A DNA stretch of 64,000 nt from Planctomycetota bacterium (GTDB lineage: Bacteria > Planctomycetota > UBA8108 > SXIK01), in NCBI GenBank assembly GCA_965223265.1, contig OZ244999.1, positions 3,840,001 to 3,904,000 of the forward strand. The letters run 5' to 3'. Numbering within the stretch: the stretch's first letter is position 1; each line of letters begins with the position of its first letter. The position numbers were made by a program, and so were the translations under genes. Shown here one piece after another: positions 19,390 through 29,560 of this stretch. Under the pieces are notes generated by a model, which saw nothing but the letters and a program-made list of their open reading frames with translations, was not told the origin of the DNA and made no database searches.

Positions 19390-21006
19390 GGGTGACCGTC
19401 TCGTATTTCGAATTTGCGGCACATCTCACGCTGCTTGCGGTCGGTGTTGACGCTGGCCATCGACTCGGATCTCGGCTTTGTAGGAACGAGCGAGAACGTC
19501 CCAGGCATTGTCCCACCGAGTGCTTTGGAGAAGACTTCGAAGCGTCAGAATCGCCTGTCCGCCGCGTAGCGTCCAACGCATGCCGGACTGCTTGAGCCGC
19601 TCGCTCACGAGGGTCTTGCACGCGGCCTCTACCACGCCGCTTCCGATCGGCAAGCACGCTTCCTTGTAGGCGTGGTATTCCATTCCATTTCGCATCGAAC
19701 GGAAATATTTCAGTGCGGCTGTCAACGTCTTACGAGCTTTGCCGTCAGCCTTGTCCCGTCGATACCGCACAGCACGGATGATTTTGTCGGCCCCCTGGGG
19801 ATCCTCCTTCAGTGTGGTTCTCCACGACTGGAAGAATGCCCGGGCTTCCGGAGTTTCAGTCCCGTAGACCGCATCGGCGGCTTCCTTCAGATGCGCTGCA
19901 GCGTGATAGAAGTCGAGGATTTCGACTCCGCAACCGTCTCCAAGTTCCTGCAAGAACTCCCAATTGTCCGGAGCACCGTCGGCGATCTTCACCACGGTAA
20001 GGTCGGGACGTTGCTCCATCGCCCAGGTGAACTCCGCCTCCAACTGCGCCTTCAGAGTTCGCTTCTTGCTCTCTGGCATCCTCGCGAAGCGAACCGTCGA
20101 GATTCGCTTGCCGTCCTTGTCCAGGTACGTCACCGTCCCGCAGCTTGCCTCGCGATAACCGTTCTTGTTGTTCGGATCATGCTGCACCTCCTCCTTCTTC
20201 AGTGGCACGTGTACGCCGTCGAGGGAAACGGCGATGACGGAAGCTTCGGTCGGCACGCGGTCCTGGCTGCGAAGGGTTTCCTCCCAATCCAATCGGTGCG
20301 CCTCCCAATCCTCCGAGAGAAGTTTTGGTAGTCGATCCAAACTGCTGCTCGACGGAGCCATGCCACCAAATTCAGCAATGATGCTCGCGGCGTCACTCGG
20401 AGGAATTTCGGCCACCATGGTCGCCATGATCCGTGCCGCTCGCGGGGTCCACGCCCCCTCGACAATGCCGCTTCGCAATTCCAGGGGGCAGACCGAAGGG
20501 CCTCCGCCGATGGGTTGGTAGACGTTCCTTTCGACCTTCATCGATCCAGACTGCCCAACGTACGTCTGCTCGGCGCGAAACGCTTTGCGGTGGCGGACGC
20601 CGTCCACCCGGATGTACTTGGCCTCCACGTCGTGTCGAACGAGATCCTCGGCGAGCAACTCCGTCTCACACACGGACATCAGACGGTGAACTTCCCGCTC
20701 GTGCTCCTCGAAGTCCCCACACTCGCCGATCGGTTGCGACCGGTGCTCGCGAAGATAGTTCCGCAATGCTTCGAAGGCAGGGGTATCGAGCGCGTCGTCA
20801 TCGATGTAATCTCTCTTCATCTTGGGCATCCTTTCGTAGTCGAACACTTTTTTGCGAGCGTCCTTCTACCAAAGGCTCTGCCCATTTCATCGAAAATTCA
20901 TCGACACGCCCTGCTTCCGCGTTTCGCACTGCGACCAATTTGTCACGAAGCAGGGCGTTCGTCATCGTAAGTCCTTATGCGATCATCAAATGCGAGATGG
21001 CCACCC
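19390..21006 (-). mobile_element. Complete insertion sequence, ISKra4/ISLre2-type (prokaryotic Mutator-like), 1617 bp
   Basis: Imperfect 19-bp terminal IRs GGGTGACCGTCTCGTATTT / AAATGCGAGATGGCCACCC (16/19 match) and 8-bp target duplication GACCAGTC (19382-19389, 21007-21014). Confidence 0.92.
19426..20847 (-). CDS. DDE transposase, ISKra4/UPF0236-like
   Basis: Catalytic-type motifs 'VSLDGV', 'IADGA..NW', 'LDFYHA..HL', 'PIGSGVVEAACK..V..RLK..GMRW'. Confidence 0.92.
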   Translation of the reverse strand: MFDYERMPKMKRDYIDDDALDTPAFEALRNYLREHRSQPIGECGDFEEHEREVHRLMSVCETELLAEDLVRHDVEAKYIRVDGVRHRKAFRAEQTYVGQSGSMKVERNVYQPIGGGPSVCPLELRSGIVEGAWTPRAARIMATMVAEIPPSDAASIIAEFGGMAPSSSSLDRLPKLLSEDWEAHRLDWEETLRSQDRVPTEASVIAVSLDGVHVPLKKEEVQHDPNNKNGYREASCGTVTYLDKDGKRISTVRFARMPESKKRTLKAQLEAEFTWAMEQRPDLTVVKIADGAPDNWEFLQELGDGCGVEILDFYHAAAHLKEAADAVYGTETPEARAFFQSWRTTLKEDPQGADKIIRAVRYRRDKADGKARKTLTAALKYFRSMRNGMEYHAYKEACLPIGSGVVEAACKTLVSERLKQSGMRWTLRGGQAILTLRSLLQSTRWDNAWDVLARSYKAEIRVDGQRQHRPQAA

Positions 21007-21024
21007 GACCAGTCGGCCTCCTAA

Positions 21025-21183
21025 CAGCCCGTTGAAAAAGTCATTCGGCCGAGAAACTGGCCTCTTCACGCCCAGATCGACCGCGGCGAGCCTCGAAAAT
21101 CTCGGAGATTACCTACGTTCGCCGCGGCCGATCTGGACGCGAAGCGACCAGTTTTCGACTCGAAGCACTTTTTCAACAGGCTG
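21025..21183. mobile_element. MITE copy 2 (159 bp)
   Basis: IRs CAGCCCGTTGAAAAAGT / ACTTTTTCAACAGGCTG, TSD CTAA (21021-21024, 21184-21187). Confidence 0.9.
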
Positions 21184-21297
21184 CTAACCCAAACGCTAGG
21201 TTGAAGATTGACAGGGCCGTTCGACAGCGAGCCCACCGCCGTTTCACGCCATATCGGCCGAGACGAACTTCCCCAGCTGATCTCTCAAAAACGGGAT

Positions 21298-21376
21298 CGG
21301 AGATCGCTTCCGCTCGACGCGGCCGATCTGGACGCGACGCAACCATTCCAGCTCGGAGCACTTTTTCAGCGGGCCG
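21298..21376. mobile_element. Degenerate partial MITE remnant
   Basis: 'ggagat...cgcggccgatctggacgcga...ctcggagcactttttcagcgggc' resembles the right half of the family. Confidence 0.6.
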
Positions 21377-21601
21377 CCGGGACATGACAAGGCGACGCGC
21401 GATTTTCGCCGTCATTTCGCCCGCGGTGCGGTAAAGTATCGGATCGAGACGAAGACTTTCTCGACAGGGCGAATCCGCCAGGCGGGACAGCCGATGACTC
21501 GGGTGACCGCACACAGGTTTGGATGGCCCCGGCCTTCGAATCGGCCCCCATCCCGCACGCTGCGTGTCGTGGCTCATTCCCTCATCAACGGTCATCCTCT
21601 C

Positions 21602-23017
21602 ATGCCCCAGAATCTGCTCGAAAAAGTTTGGCAATCACACACCGTGCGTCGACTGGACAATGGTCAGACGCAGTTGTTCATCGGCCTTCATCTGATCCAC
21701 GAGGTCACGAGCCCACAAGCATTTCAGGATCTCCGGCAGCGCGGCCTGCGCGTCTTGAGGCCGGAACTCACGTTCGCCACCGTCGATCATATCGTGCCGA
21801 CCCATGACCAAGCTCGCCCCTTCGCCGACTCGCTCGCCGAAGAAATGATGGTGGCGATCGAGCAGAACTGTCGCGACTTCGACGTTTCCCTGTTCGGCCT
21901 CGACGATCAACGCCAAGGAATTGTCCATGTGGTCGGCCCGGAGCTCGGGCTGACTCAGCCGGGGATGACGATCGCCTGCGGCGACAGTCACACGTCGACG
22001 CACGGCGCCTTTGGGTCGATCGCGTTCGGCATCGGTACAAGCCAAGTGCGTGACGTTCTCGCTTCGCAGTGCCTGGCCATGGATCCACTGAAAGTGCGGC
22101 GCATCAACGTCAACGGATCGCTCGCTCCGGGCGTTTACGCTAAAGACGTCATCCTTTCGATCATTCACCGCCTCGGAGTTCAGGGAGGCGTCGGATACGC
22201 CTATGAATACGCCGGCGACGTGATTTCCGCCATGTCGATGGAAGAACGCATGTCCGTTTGCAACATGTCGATCGAAGGCGGCGCCCGGGTTGGTTACGTC
22301 AACCCAGACGAGACAACGTTCGAGTACCTCAAGGGACGCCCATTCGCGCCTCAGGGCGAGGCATGGCCACGCGCGCTTGAGTGGTGGAAAACCATCGCCT
22401 CCGATCCTGATGCCGCATTCGACGACGAGGTACACATCGACGGTAGCGCGCTGAGCCCCGTCGTCACATGGGGGATTCATCCGGGCCACTCCGTACCGGT
22501 GAACGCCGATCTGCCGAGCCCCGGCGACGCTGGAGACGGCGACCGTGCGTCACTCGCTGAAGCGTTCGAATTCATGCGCATGGAAGCGGGGCGTCCGATC
22601 GCTGGCACAAAGATCGATGTCGCCTTCATCGGCTCGTGCACTAACGGCCGCATCAGCGATCTCCGCGAAGCGGCCCGCGTTCTCCGAGGTCGTCGGGCGG
22701 CCTCGCACGTACGGGCGCTTGCGGTCCCGGGCTCTCAACAAGTTCGATCTCAGGCGGAGGCAGAGGGACTCGACGAGATCTTCCGCGACGCCGGGTTCGA
22801 GTGGCGTGAAGCGGGATGCTCGATGTGCCTAGCCATGAACCCGGACAAGTTACGCGGCAGCGAACTCTGCGCCAGCAGCTCCAACCGCAATTTCAAAGGA
22901 CGTCAAGGGAGCCCAACCGGACGAACGCTGTTGATGAGCCCAGCTATGGTGGCGGCTGCGGCGGTTGCCGGCGAAGTCACGGACGTGCGCGACCTCTTGG
23001 CTGTTGAAGTGAACTAA
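21602..23017 (+). CDS. leuC: 3-isopropylmalate dehydratase large subunit
   Basis: 'HEVTSPQAF', '[13 protein letters not shown]', 'IGSCTNGR', '[11 protein letters not shown]', '[10 protein letters not shown]'. Start at ATG 21602. Confidence 0.97.
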   Translation: MPQNLLEKVWQSHTVRRLDNGQTQLFIGLHLIHEVTSPQAFQDLRQRGLRVLRPELTFATVDHIVPTHDQARPFADSLAEEMMVAIEQNCRDFDVSLFGLDDQRQGIVHVVGPELGLTQPGMTIACGDSHTSTHGAFGSIAFGIGTSQVRDVLASQCLAMDPLKVRRINVNGSLAPGVYAKDVILSIIHRLGVQGGVGYAYEYAGDVISAMSMEERMSVCNMSIEGGARVGYVNPDETTFEYLKGRPFAPQGEAWPRALEWWKTIASDPDAAFDDEVHIDGSALSPVVTWGIHPGHSVPVNADLPSPGDAGDGDRASLAEAFEFMRMEAGRPIAGTKIDVAFIGSCTNGRISDLREAARVLRGRRAASHVRALAVPGSQQVRSQAEAEGLDEIFRDAGFEWREAGCSMCLAMNPDKLRGSELCASSSNRNFKGRQGSPTGRTLLMSPAMVAAAAVAGEVTDVRDLLAVEVN

Positions 23018-23037
23018 GATTGAATCGACTGAAGACC

Positions 23038-23700
23038 ATGAAAAACGGTGCAGCGAATTCCTCAACCCCTACGGACGACGCCCTCAAAGATAGCGCCCCA
23101 AAAGGCAGCGCCAGCATCGAAAAAATCGTCGGCAGCGCCATCCCGGTGCGCGGCGACGACATCGACACCGACCGCATCATCCCGGCGCGATTTCTGCGCT
23201 GCGTCACGTTTGAAGGGCTCGGAGAACACGCCTTCGAAGACGATCGTCTGCAAGCTGCTGGTGAACATCCGTTTGACCAAAAGCGTTTCGGCGCGGCTCA
23301 GATTCTCGTCGTGAACCGCAATTTCGGCTGCGGCTCGTCACGCGAACACGCCCCCCAAAGCCTCATGCGGTGGGGGATTCAGGCCGTTATCGGCGAGTCG
23401 TTTGCCGAGATTTTTTTTGGCAACTGCGTTGCTCTCGGCATTCCGTGTGCGCGATTAGACCCGCAAGATGTGGCAGCCCTTCAGAATGAAGTCGAGAAGG
23501 ATGCAAACCTCGTCGTGGAACTGAATCTTCGAGACGCGTCTGTTCGCGCTGCGGAAAAGACGTTCGCTGCGACACTGCCGGAGGGAGTCCGTGACAGCTT
23601 TCTTCGGGGGACGTGGGACGCAACGCGTCTCCTGCTCGCTGACCCCGGCGACATTGCCGCCGTCGCAGAACGTTTGCCGTACGTCACGGGTTTTCGCTGA
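23038..23700 (+). CDS. leuD: 3-isopropylmalate dehydratase small subunit
   Basis: 'DIDTDRIIPARFL', 'NFGCGSSREHAP', 'SFAEIFFGN'; directly follows leuC. Confidence 0.95.
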   Translation: MKNGAANSSTPTDDALKDSAPKGSASIEKIVGSAIPVRGDDIDTDRIIPARFLRCVTFEGLGEHAFEDDRLQAAGEHPFDQKRFGAAQILVVNRNFGCGSSREHAPQSLMRWGIQAVIGESFAEIFFGNCVALGIPCARLDPQDVAALQNEVEKDANLVVELNLRDASVRAAEKTFAATLPEGVRDSFLRGTWDATRLLLADPGDIAAVAERLPYVTGFR

Positions 23701-23714
23701 GGCTCGGCGTGGGG

Positions 23715-25598
23715 ATGAGCGCCAATCACCGGCGGGTGTTCGTCGTCTCTTCGCTGACGGCCGCTGCGATCTTCATCGGCATGACCCTGCTCCTTTTCTT
23801 GCCTCGCGACCCAGGCAGAATTGATGGGCTTGAGCCAGACCGTCCGTACACGTCAACGGGACAGGGATCGACGCCACCGAATGACACGATTTCGGAGTCG
23901 CCACCAACACCCGGAGTCACTCCCGAAAACGGCTCGACCGGCACCCCGATGCCGCCGACCGCCGACCCCAATCTGCAGCACCTCCCGCACGGCTCGTGCT
24001 ACGTTACTGTGCAATTGACCGACTCGGCCGGGGCACCTGTGGGCGACGCCCTGGTCTCGCTGCTGGCGGGACGGCGCCTCGGCGAATCACGAACCGACGC
24101 GCGTGGCGAAGCTCACTTTCCAGAAATCGCGGCCGGTACGTACACGATTCAGGTTGCATGGGCAAACACTCCCGATCTTGAGCTGTCGCAGGCACTCATT
24201 CTCGAGGAAGCGGAAGAGAGAGTCGTGCAACTGTCGCTGCCACGAGCTGATCTCTCCATCGCTGGGCGAGTTCTTGATCTGAGCGGCGGACCGCTGGAGG
24301 GCGTGGAGCTGAGAGCCGCCGCGTCTCGGCCGCCCTTGGCCGAGAGAACGGAGCTCCGCTTCGTCTCGCGCTCGCTGTCAACAGCCGTTTCGGGCGGCGA
24401 CGGATCCTACCGAATTGAGAACCTCGCCCCCGGCGATTATGTGGTTTCCACCGTGAAGACTTCTCAATTCCCTTCGGTACGACGCACTGTGCGGGCGGGG
24501 GTGCAGTCAGCTGACTTTCGCCTGGGTGGGGAGCACACCTACCGCCTGTTCGGCCGCGTGCTGAGCGCCGACGGTACTGCGGTACCGGGCGCGGTGGTCA
24601 CCGCACTCGGTTTGCGCGCCTCGGATGTCGCAGCCGACAGCGGCGAGTACGAGATCGAGGTCGCGGTGACCGAGCTGAGACGCACGCTGGTCATCAAGGT
24701 CACACGCGAGGAGTTTCACACTCTACAAATGCACGTGCAGCTGGACTCTTTCGACGACCTCGGCGAGCGCGAACTGGACCTGGTCGTCGACCCACTGGGG
24801 GCCACCGTTGTCGTCGAAGGGGTTGTGCTGGACGATGCTGACGTGCCAATTAGTGGAGAGACCGTGACGCTCTACTCACGGCGCGTCAATGCCCGCCTGT
24901 TCGCACGCACCGACCCCAGCGGGCACTTCGCCATCGAGAACGTGCCGCTGGCGGACGACTACAAGGTGTGGATCTATCCACGGTCCGAATACGGGGACTA
25001 CACCCGCCAGCCGGTGCGCATAGACGAAGCTTTCGAGCCGCTCGAAATCCGCCTCGAACGCCTGCGATCTGGGACCATCGAAGGCGTGATGCTGACCCCA
25101 AACGGAACTCCCGTTGAGGACTTCGAAGTGCTCCTACGCAGCACCAAAGCGCAAGGTAACTCGATCACCCTGCGCGGCGACGCCCACGGTGTGTTCGTCG
25201 CCACGGGGGTGCCGGCGGGTGTCCTCTTGTTTGAGACACGTTCGACGCCGCGCTTGAGCGTCCGCGGCTACACGCTCGAGCCCGATCAAACGCTTCCCGT
25301 GCGGTTGATTCTCGACTGGGGTGAAGACGAACTGAGCGGCGAGGTCCGCGGCCCGGATGGCCAGCCGGTGCGCGGCGCCAAAGTCAATCTGCTGTGGAAT
25401 CTCCGCCAGGAGGGAGTCGACTACGCGTCGTTTCGCAGCACCGTCACGGACGCACGCGGCATGTACGTCTTCACGGAGCTCGCTCCCGGCGACCACCGCA
25501 TCCACGTACTCAACGGAGAATTTCGAGGTAAACAGATTGCCGTGCAGGTGGGGGACGGACGTCCGGCGCCGGTGATCCAGCTTGAGGAATATCGGTAG
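23715..25598 (+). CDS. Membrane-anchored protein with tandem carboxypeptidase-regulatory-like (CarboxypepD_reg) beta-sandwich domains
   Basis: N-terminal TM, Pro/Thr linker, about six repeats of 'G.V.D..G.P..GA.V....TD..G.F....L.PG.Y'. Confidence 0.82.
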   Translation: MSANHRRVFVVSSLTAAAIFIGMTLLLFLPRDPGRIDGLEPDRPYTSTGQGSTPPNDTISESPPTPGVTPENGSTGTPMPPTADPNLQHLPHGSCYVTVQLTDSAGAPVGDALVSLLAGRRLGESRTDARGEAHFPEIAAGTYTIQVAWANTPDLELSQALILEEAEERVVQLSLPRADLSIAGRVLDLSGGPLEGVELRAAASRPPLAERTELRFVSRSLSTAVSGGDGSYRIENLAPGDYVVSTVKTSQFPSVRRTVRAGVQSADFRLGGEHTYRLFGRVLSADGTAVPGAVVTALGLRASDVAADSGEYEIEVAVTELRRTLVIKVTREEFHTLQMHVQLDSFDDLGERELDLVVDPLGATVVVEGVVLDDADVPISGETVTLYSRRVNARLFARTDPSGHFAIENVPLADDYKVWIYPRSEYGDYTRQPVRIDEAFEPLEIRLERLRSGTIEGVMLTPNGTPVEDFEVLLRSTKAQGNSITLRGDAHGVFVATGVPAGVLLFETRSTPRLSVRGYTLEPDQTLPVRLILDWGEDELSGEVRGPDGQPVRGAKVNLLWNLRQEGVDYASFRSTVTDARGMYVFTELAPGDHRIHVLNGEFRGKQIAVQVGDGRPAPVIQLEEYR

Positions 25599-25660
25599 CC
25601 GCTCTCCGAGATTCGGGAGGCGGCGGTTGGGCGTGGGCACCGAGAACACCTCGCCCTACG

Positions 25661-25685
25661 TACGCAGGTACGCAGGTACGCAGGT
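25661..25685. repeat. 8-bp tandem repeat TACGCAGG x3 between convergent genes
   Basis: tacgcagg tacgcagg tacgcagg t. Confidence 0.7.
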
Positions 25686-25801
25686 CCCGATTCCGAGCCG
25701 CATTGTCCGCGCGGGGAGATTCGCTGCGGCCCGGGTTCGGCGCGGCCATGCTGCCTCGAAGAAGTCGCCCTCTAAACAGCAGCTCACGCGCAGGCTCGCC
25801 A

Positions 25802-26503
25802 CTACCGATCGTGCTTCCGGTTGTGCCGCCGATATCGCTGCGCCTTGCGCTCGACGCGCCGCAGAAGGCGTCGCCGATTCCAGCGCCGCCGCGTCGCCTG
25901 GAGATAGGACCTGAAAAACGCACGCCAACTGACCATCGGAATGCTCTCGAAGCGCGCAGTGTCGAGGAGACTCGCGAGGTCCTTGACGATCCACCGGCGG
26001 CGCCGAAAGCGCGCGACGCGGCCGACATCGATCAGACGCGGCTGCTCGGAGTCGACGAAGACGTGATAGACATTGAGATCGCGGTGACAGAGGCGCGCGT
26101 CGTGGAGGCGAGCAACCAACCGGCCGGCACGGATCGCAACCCTCGTCAGGACGTCGACGCTCAAACCTCGCGCGCGCCACTCTGCCACTGGGAATCCAGG
26201 CGCGTCGAGCAGCACCACAAACGTCCCAGAGGGGTGGCGTCCCCAACCGAGCGGGGTCACCGCAGCGATTCCGTGCGTCGCGAGCAAATGGGCCCCACGC
26301 CACTCGGCACGGGCCGGGTTCGTCGGGAGACCGTGAAAGAACCACTTGAGGTGATACACAACGCCGCCTTCACGACGTCGCGCATTCCAGCGCGCCGGAC
26401 GCTTGCGGTCGATCTGCCAGCCAGCGAGATCTACCTGAAGAGTGGGGCGCGGCAGTCCCGCCGCAGCTTCCTCCCAGTTGACGTCTGTTGCGAAAGGCTT
26501 CAA
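25802..26503 (-). CDS. Lipopolysaccharide kinase (Kdo/WaaP/InaA family)
   Basis: 'ARLHDARLCHRDLNVYHVF', 'LIDVGR', 'RRWIVKDLASL'. Confidence 0.82.
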   Translation of the reverse strand: MKPFATDVNWEEAAAGLPRPTLQVDLAGWQIDRKRPARWNARRREGGVVYHLKWFFHGLPTNPARAEWRGAHLLATHGIAAVTPLGWGRHPSGTFVVLLDAPGFPVAEWRARGLSVDVLTRVAIRAGRLVARLHDARLCHRDLNVYHVFVDSEQPRLIDVGRVARFRRRRWIVKDLASLLDTARFESIPMVSWRAFFRSYLQATRRRWNRRRLLRRVERKAQRYRRHNRKHDR

Positions 26504-26530
26504 ACCAGCGCCTTCAATCGATCCCTTTTC

Positions 26531-27391
26531 TCACCCGCCCGCGCGCGTTGCTGCGGCGAGGCGAAAGACGATGAACGTGAGATCGTCTGGCTTTCCGGCC
26601 AACTCGTCGGAAGCGCCAGTCATGCGTGCCGTGCACTCGTCAACCAAGTCGGATGCGGCTTTCTGCATCGGCCCCTTGCGTACGCGATCGACAATCTCAC
26701 TGACGTGTAGATTATCAAACAGTCCGTCACTGCCGAGAACCAAAGTATCGAACGTCGCCAGGGGTAGTGGTGGACCAACCTCGATGCGCATCTGCGGATC
26801 ACCGACAAGGTTAGAGACCAGGTGGCGATCCTCGTGGTGAATCGCCTCCGACTCATCGAGAACGCCGGCTTCCACAGCGTAGCCGACTGGAGAGTGCGAC
26901 ACCGTCTGAAACTTGACCTTCCCTCTCTGCCCCGTGAGCACGATTTGCGAGTCGCCGACGTGATACGTTTGCACCACCGCATCGCAGATCTCAGCGACCG
27001 CGAGGGTCGTCCCGGCGCCGATCCCCAGATCTGCGACCGCTTCGTTGGCGCGGTCAAAGCCGACAAGGATTGACGCGCGCACGTCCTCTGCAGACGCGTG
27101 TCGTAGCGCGTCACCAACCGCGGTCAACGCCAACTGAGAGGCTCGAGCCCCCGCGCGCTGACCGCCGGCGCCGTCGGCGACCACGAGCACCCCGTGGCCT
27201 GGTCCGAGGCGGAAGAGCCCCGCGACGTCCTCGTTCACCGCGCCGTCGCCGGGGCGAGGAGCCGAAAAGATCACGGCTGTGCCGCCGGCAACCTCGTGGG
27301 ACACCCCGTGCTGCATTTGCTGTTCGACGACGAGGACGTTTTGAGCGCGTGCTTCGTCCACAGGCGACCTCGGTGACGACCTGACACTCAC
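26531..27391 (-). CDS. PP2C-family (PPM) Ser/Thr protein phosphatase
   Basis: 'NED', 'VVADGAGG', 'HVGDS', 'LGSDGLFDNL', 'KPDDLT'. Confidence 0.9.
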   Translation of the reverse strand: MSVRSSPRSPVDEARAQNVLVVEQQMQHGVSHEVAGGTAVIFSAPRPGDGAVNEDVAGLFRLGPGHGVLVVADGAGGQRAGARASQLALTAVGDALRHASAEDVRASILVGFDRANEAVADLGIGAGTTLAVAEICDAVVQTYHVGDSQIVLTGQRGKVKFQTVSHSPVGYAVEAGVLDESEAIHHEDRHLVSNLVGDPQMRIEVGPPLPLATFDTLVLGSDGLFDNLHVSEIVDRVRKGPMQKAASDLVDECTARMTGASDELAGKPDDLTFIVFRLAAATRAGG

Positions 27392-27435
27392 TTGGCGCCG
27401 GCAACAAGGCGGTGGGACACTGTCTCCACACTCAA

Positions 27436-27522
27436 CAGCCTGTTGAAACTTCGAGTCGAAAACTGGTCGATCTGGGCGTGAAGAGGCCAGTTTCTCGACC
27501 GAATGACTTTTTCAACAGGCTG
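27436..27522. mobile_element. MITE copy 3, internally deleted (87 bp)
   Basis: IRs CAGCCTGTTGAAA / TTTCAACAGGCTG, TSD TCAA (27432-27435, 27523-27526). Confidence 0.85.
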
Positions 27523-27547
27523 TCAAACCCGCGACGCCTGGCGCAAG

Positions 27548-27588
27548 AAAAAAGGCGCCGATCTCGTGCATGACGATACCGGCGCCTT
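27548..27588 (-). terminator. Rho-independent terminator of the histone-like gene
   Basis: Hairpin AAGGCGCCG...CGGCGCCTT with an adjacent A6 run (U-tract on the minus strand). Confidence 0.7.
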
Positions 27589-27684
27589 CGAGGCTGATAT
27601 TAGGCTGCGCGTCGCACCTTCGAAGAGACGCGTCCATCTTGGCGACGGAGCGAGCGAAGTACTCTCAGCCCGGATTCGCGTCTC

Positions 27685-28017
27685 TTAGCGACGACGCGCC
27701 TTCTTTCTGGCTTTCTTCTTGGCGGTCTTCTTCTTGGCCGTTTTCCTTTTAGCCTTCTTCGCTGTTCGCTTCTTGGCTGTTTTCTTCTTAGCCTTCTTCT
27801 TGGCTGTTTTCTTCTTAGCGGCTTTCTTCTTAGCCTTCTTCTTAGCTGTTTTCTTGCGAGCCGTTTTCTTCTTAGCTTTCTTGGCCGTCCGCTTCTTCGC
27901 GGTTCGTTTCTTGGCCGTTTTCTTCTTCGCGGCTTTCTTCTTAGCCTTCTTCGCGGTTTTCCTGCGAGCGGTCTTCTTCTTAGCCGCTTTCTTTTTGGCT
28001 CTCTTCTTCTTCGCCAT
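27685..28017 (-). CDS. Histone H1/Hc2-like ultra-basic nucleoid protein
   Basis: 110 aa composed only of M/A/K/R/T, 70 of them K or R, in (T)AKKK repeats; SD AAAGGAG upstream; downstream terminator. Confidence 0.85.
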   Translation of the reverse strand: MAKKKRAKKKAAKKKTARRKTAKKAKKKAAKKKTAKKRTAKKRTAKKAKKKTARKKTAKKKAKKKAAKKKTAKKKAKKKTAKKRTAKKAKRKTAKKKTAKKKARKKARRR

Positions 28018-29560
28018 GATCCGTTCTCCTTTAAAAGGAACAACAAACTGAACCCACCTCCTACGCCCGGGAGATCCACACCCGGAAAATGCGTATTTGG
28101 TTAGGTCAACACGTTCGCAGCAGACTCAAAGGCATGGAGGAAGTCGTTGCCTCCTTCAGCCAATGCTTCCGACTGCTGCGCCTACAACGCGGAGCGCACG
28201 TTACGACTCGAACTCACCAGGACGTCTCATGCCAGACGTTACTGGCGGCCGCGAATCAAGCGAACACTGCACAGGACGCGTCAGTGCAGCGTCACGCGTG
28301 TTTCTGCGACACACTCACCGTATCGTGTCTCCTCACTGCGATTCTCTTTCATGTAGCTGTTATGGCCGGAGGCAAACCGCCGACCGCCAACAACGCCCGC
28401 CCCATCCCTTCGATTTCGAGGCCTCGCTCGGGGCTCTCCAAGGACCGCAAAAGTCGCTCAGACGCACCACTCCAAGACCGCTTCCCACCAAACGGCATCT
28501 CACCGAGCGGCGCAGCGACATCCCGGGGACACCAGGACGCTGAAACCTCACTTCGTGACACGGTTGCTAAAGCGACGCCCACTGGAGGCGCGATAAGGCC
28601 CCGTCGTGTCCATGCGTCGCTGACGTGCTTGCTGGTTTCCGTTGGGTCTTCGATCAGAGTTGCTCTCCTCCAGCGTGTCGGATCACGGCGTGCTTGAGTC
28701 GTTTCGATCTGCCGTGCGCCAACCGCGTTCTCTTCATCAAACGCGAGTGAAAGCTCGCGTTGACACCGATCGATGCGGTTTTATTTGTACAAGGTCGTCA
28801 AAAAAGTAAAGAACATTTTGCTAAAATTGCCACAAAAAAAACAAACGCGCCGTCACTCTGCGCGTGTCTTCACGCGCCACGAAAGAGTGCATGTGTCCAA
28901 CGTAGCAAAGCGTCACCGTTTCACGTGCAACACGAAACCGCTGCAATAGCAGTGCAGAATCGCATCGCATCAACGGCAGGCGCGGCGGAGGCTCAACGCG
29001 AATAGGTGAAGTCTCCTCGCGTTAAGAAGATCTTCGCGCCGATTTGATCAAGTTTTTTTCTGTTCCGAGAAGTGCGTGATGGCAACTGCGAGCGGAACAA
29101 TATCAGGCGCGCAGTTCGATCGTCAACTCGGTGCTTGTTCGGGTTCCAGACGAACGTTTCCCCGACACGTGACAAGGTGTGAACGGCGCCGCAACACGCG
29201 ACGAGGATTCCGATTGCAAAGCCTCAAAACGACCCCTACAATGGCTCGCGACTCTCGAGTCTGCCAGGTCAAGAGCGGGTGTTGGGCTCCATTCTGTCGC
29301 CGAAATGCGGCAGGCGGGGCGTCAGCTCGTTCGTAGCGGGCATCTCGACGTTGAACGAGGAATTAACATCTGACCAAGAGACGTCTGGCTTTGCCGGACG
29401 CTGAGCCCGCTCTAACGAGGTGAATCTTGCCGGGCTCAAATCGCATCGTCGCTGTGGCTGGATCATCCACTCCGTAGAGGTTCGCACCCTCGGTTCAGCA
29501 CCTCGACAGGCTTTTGGACCATACTTGAGATTTTAGGTTGTTTTTGCAGGGAAAGCTGTG

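Noticed and set aside
21190-21601. Leucine attenuator leader peptide upstream of leuC
   Set aside because: No short Leu-rich ORF or terminator/antiterminator pair was found; the region is partly MITE remnant.
27719-28051. Phe/Leu/Ala-rich 'membrane protein' on the plus strand (also 2205-2615)
   Set aside because: Antisense read-out of Lys/Ala repeats; the SD and terminator support the minus-strand genes.
28360-28460. c-di-GMP-I riboswitch (GGCAAACC)
   Set aside because: There is no properly spaced GNRA stem and GACGCAAAG partner, and it is far from a same-strand start.
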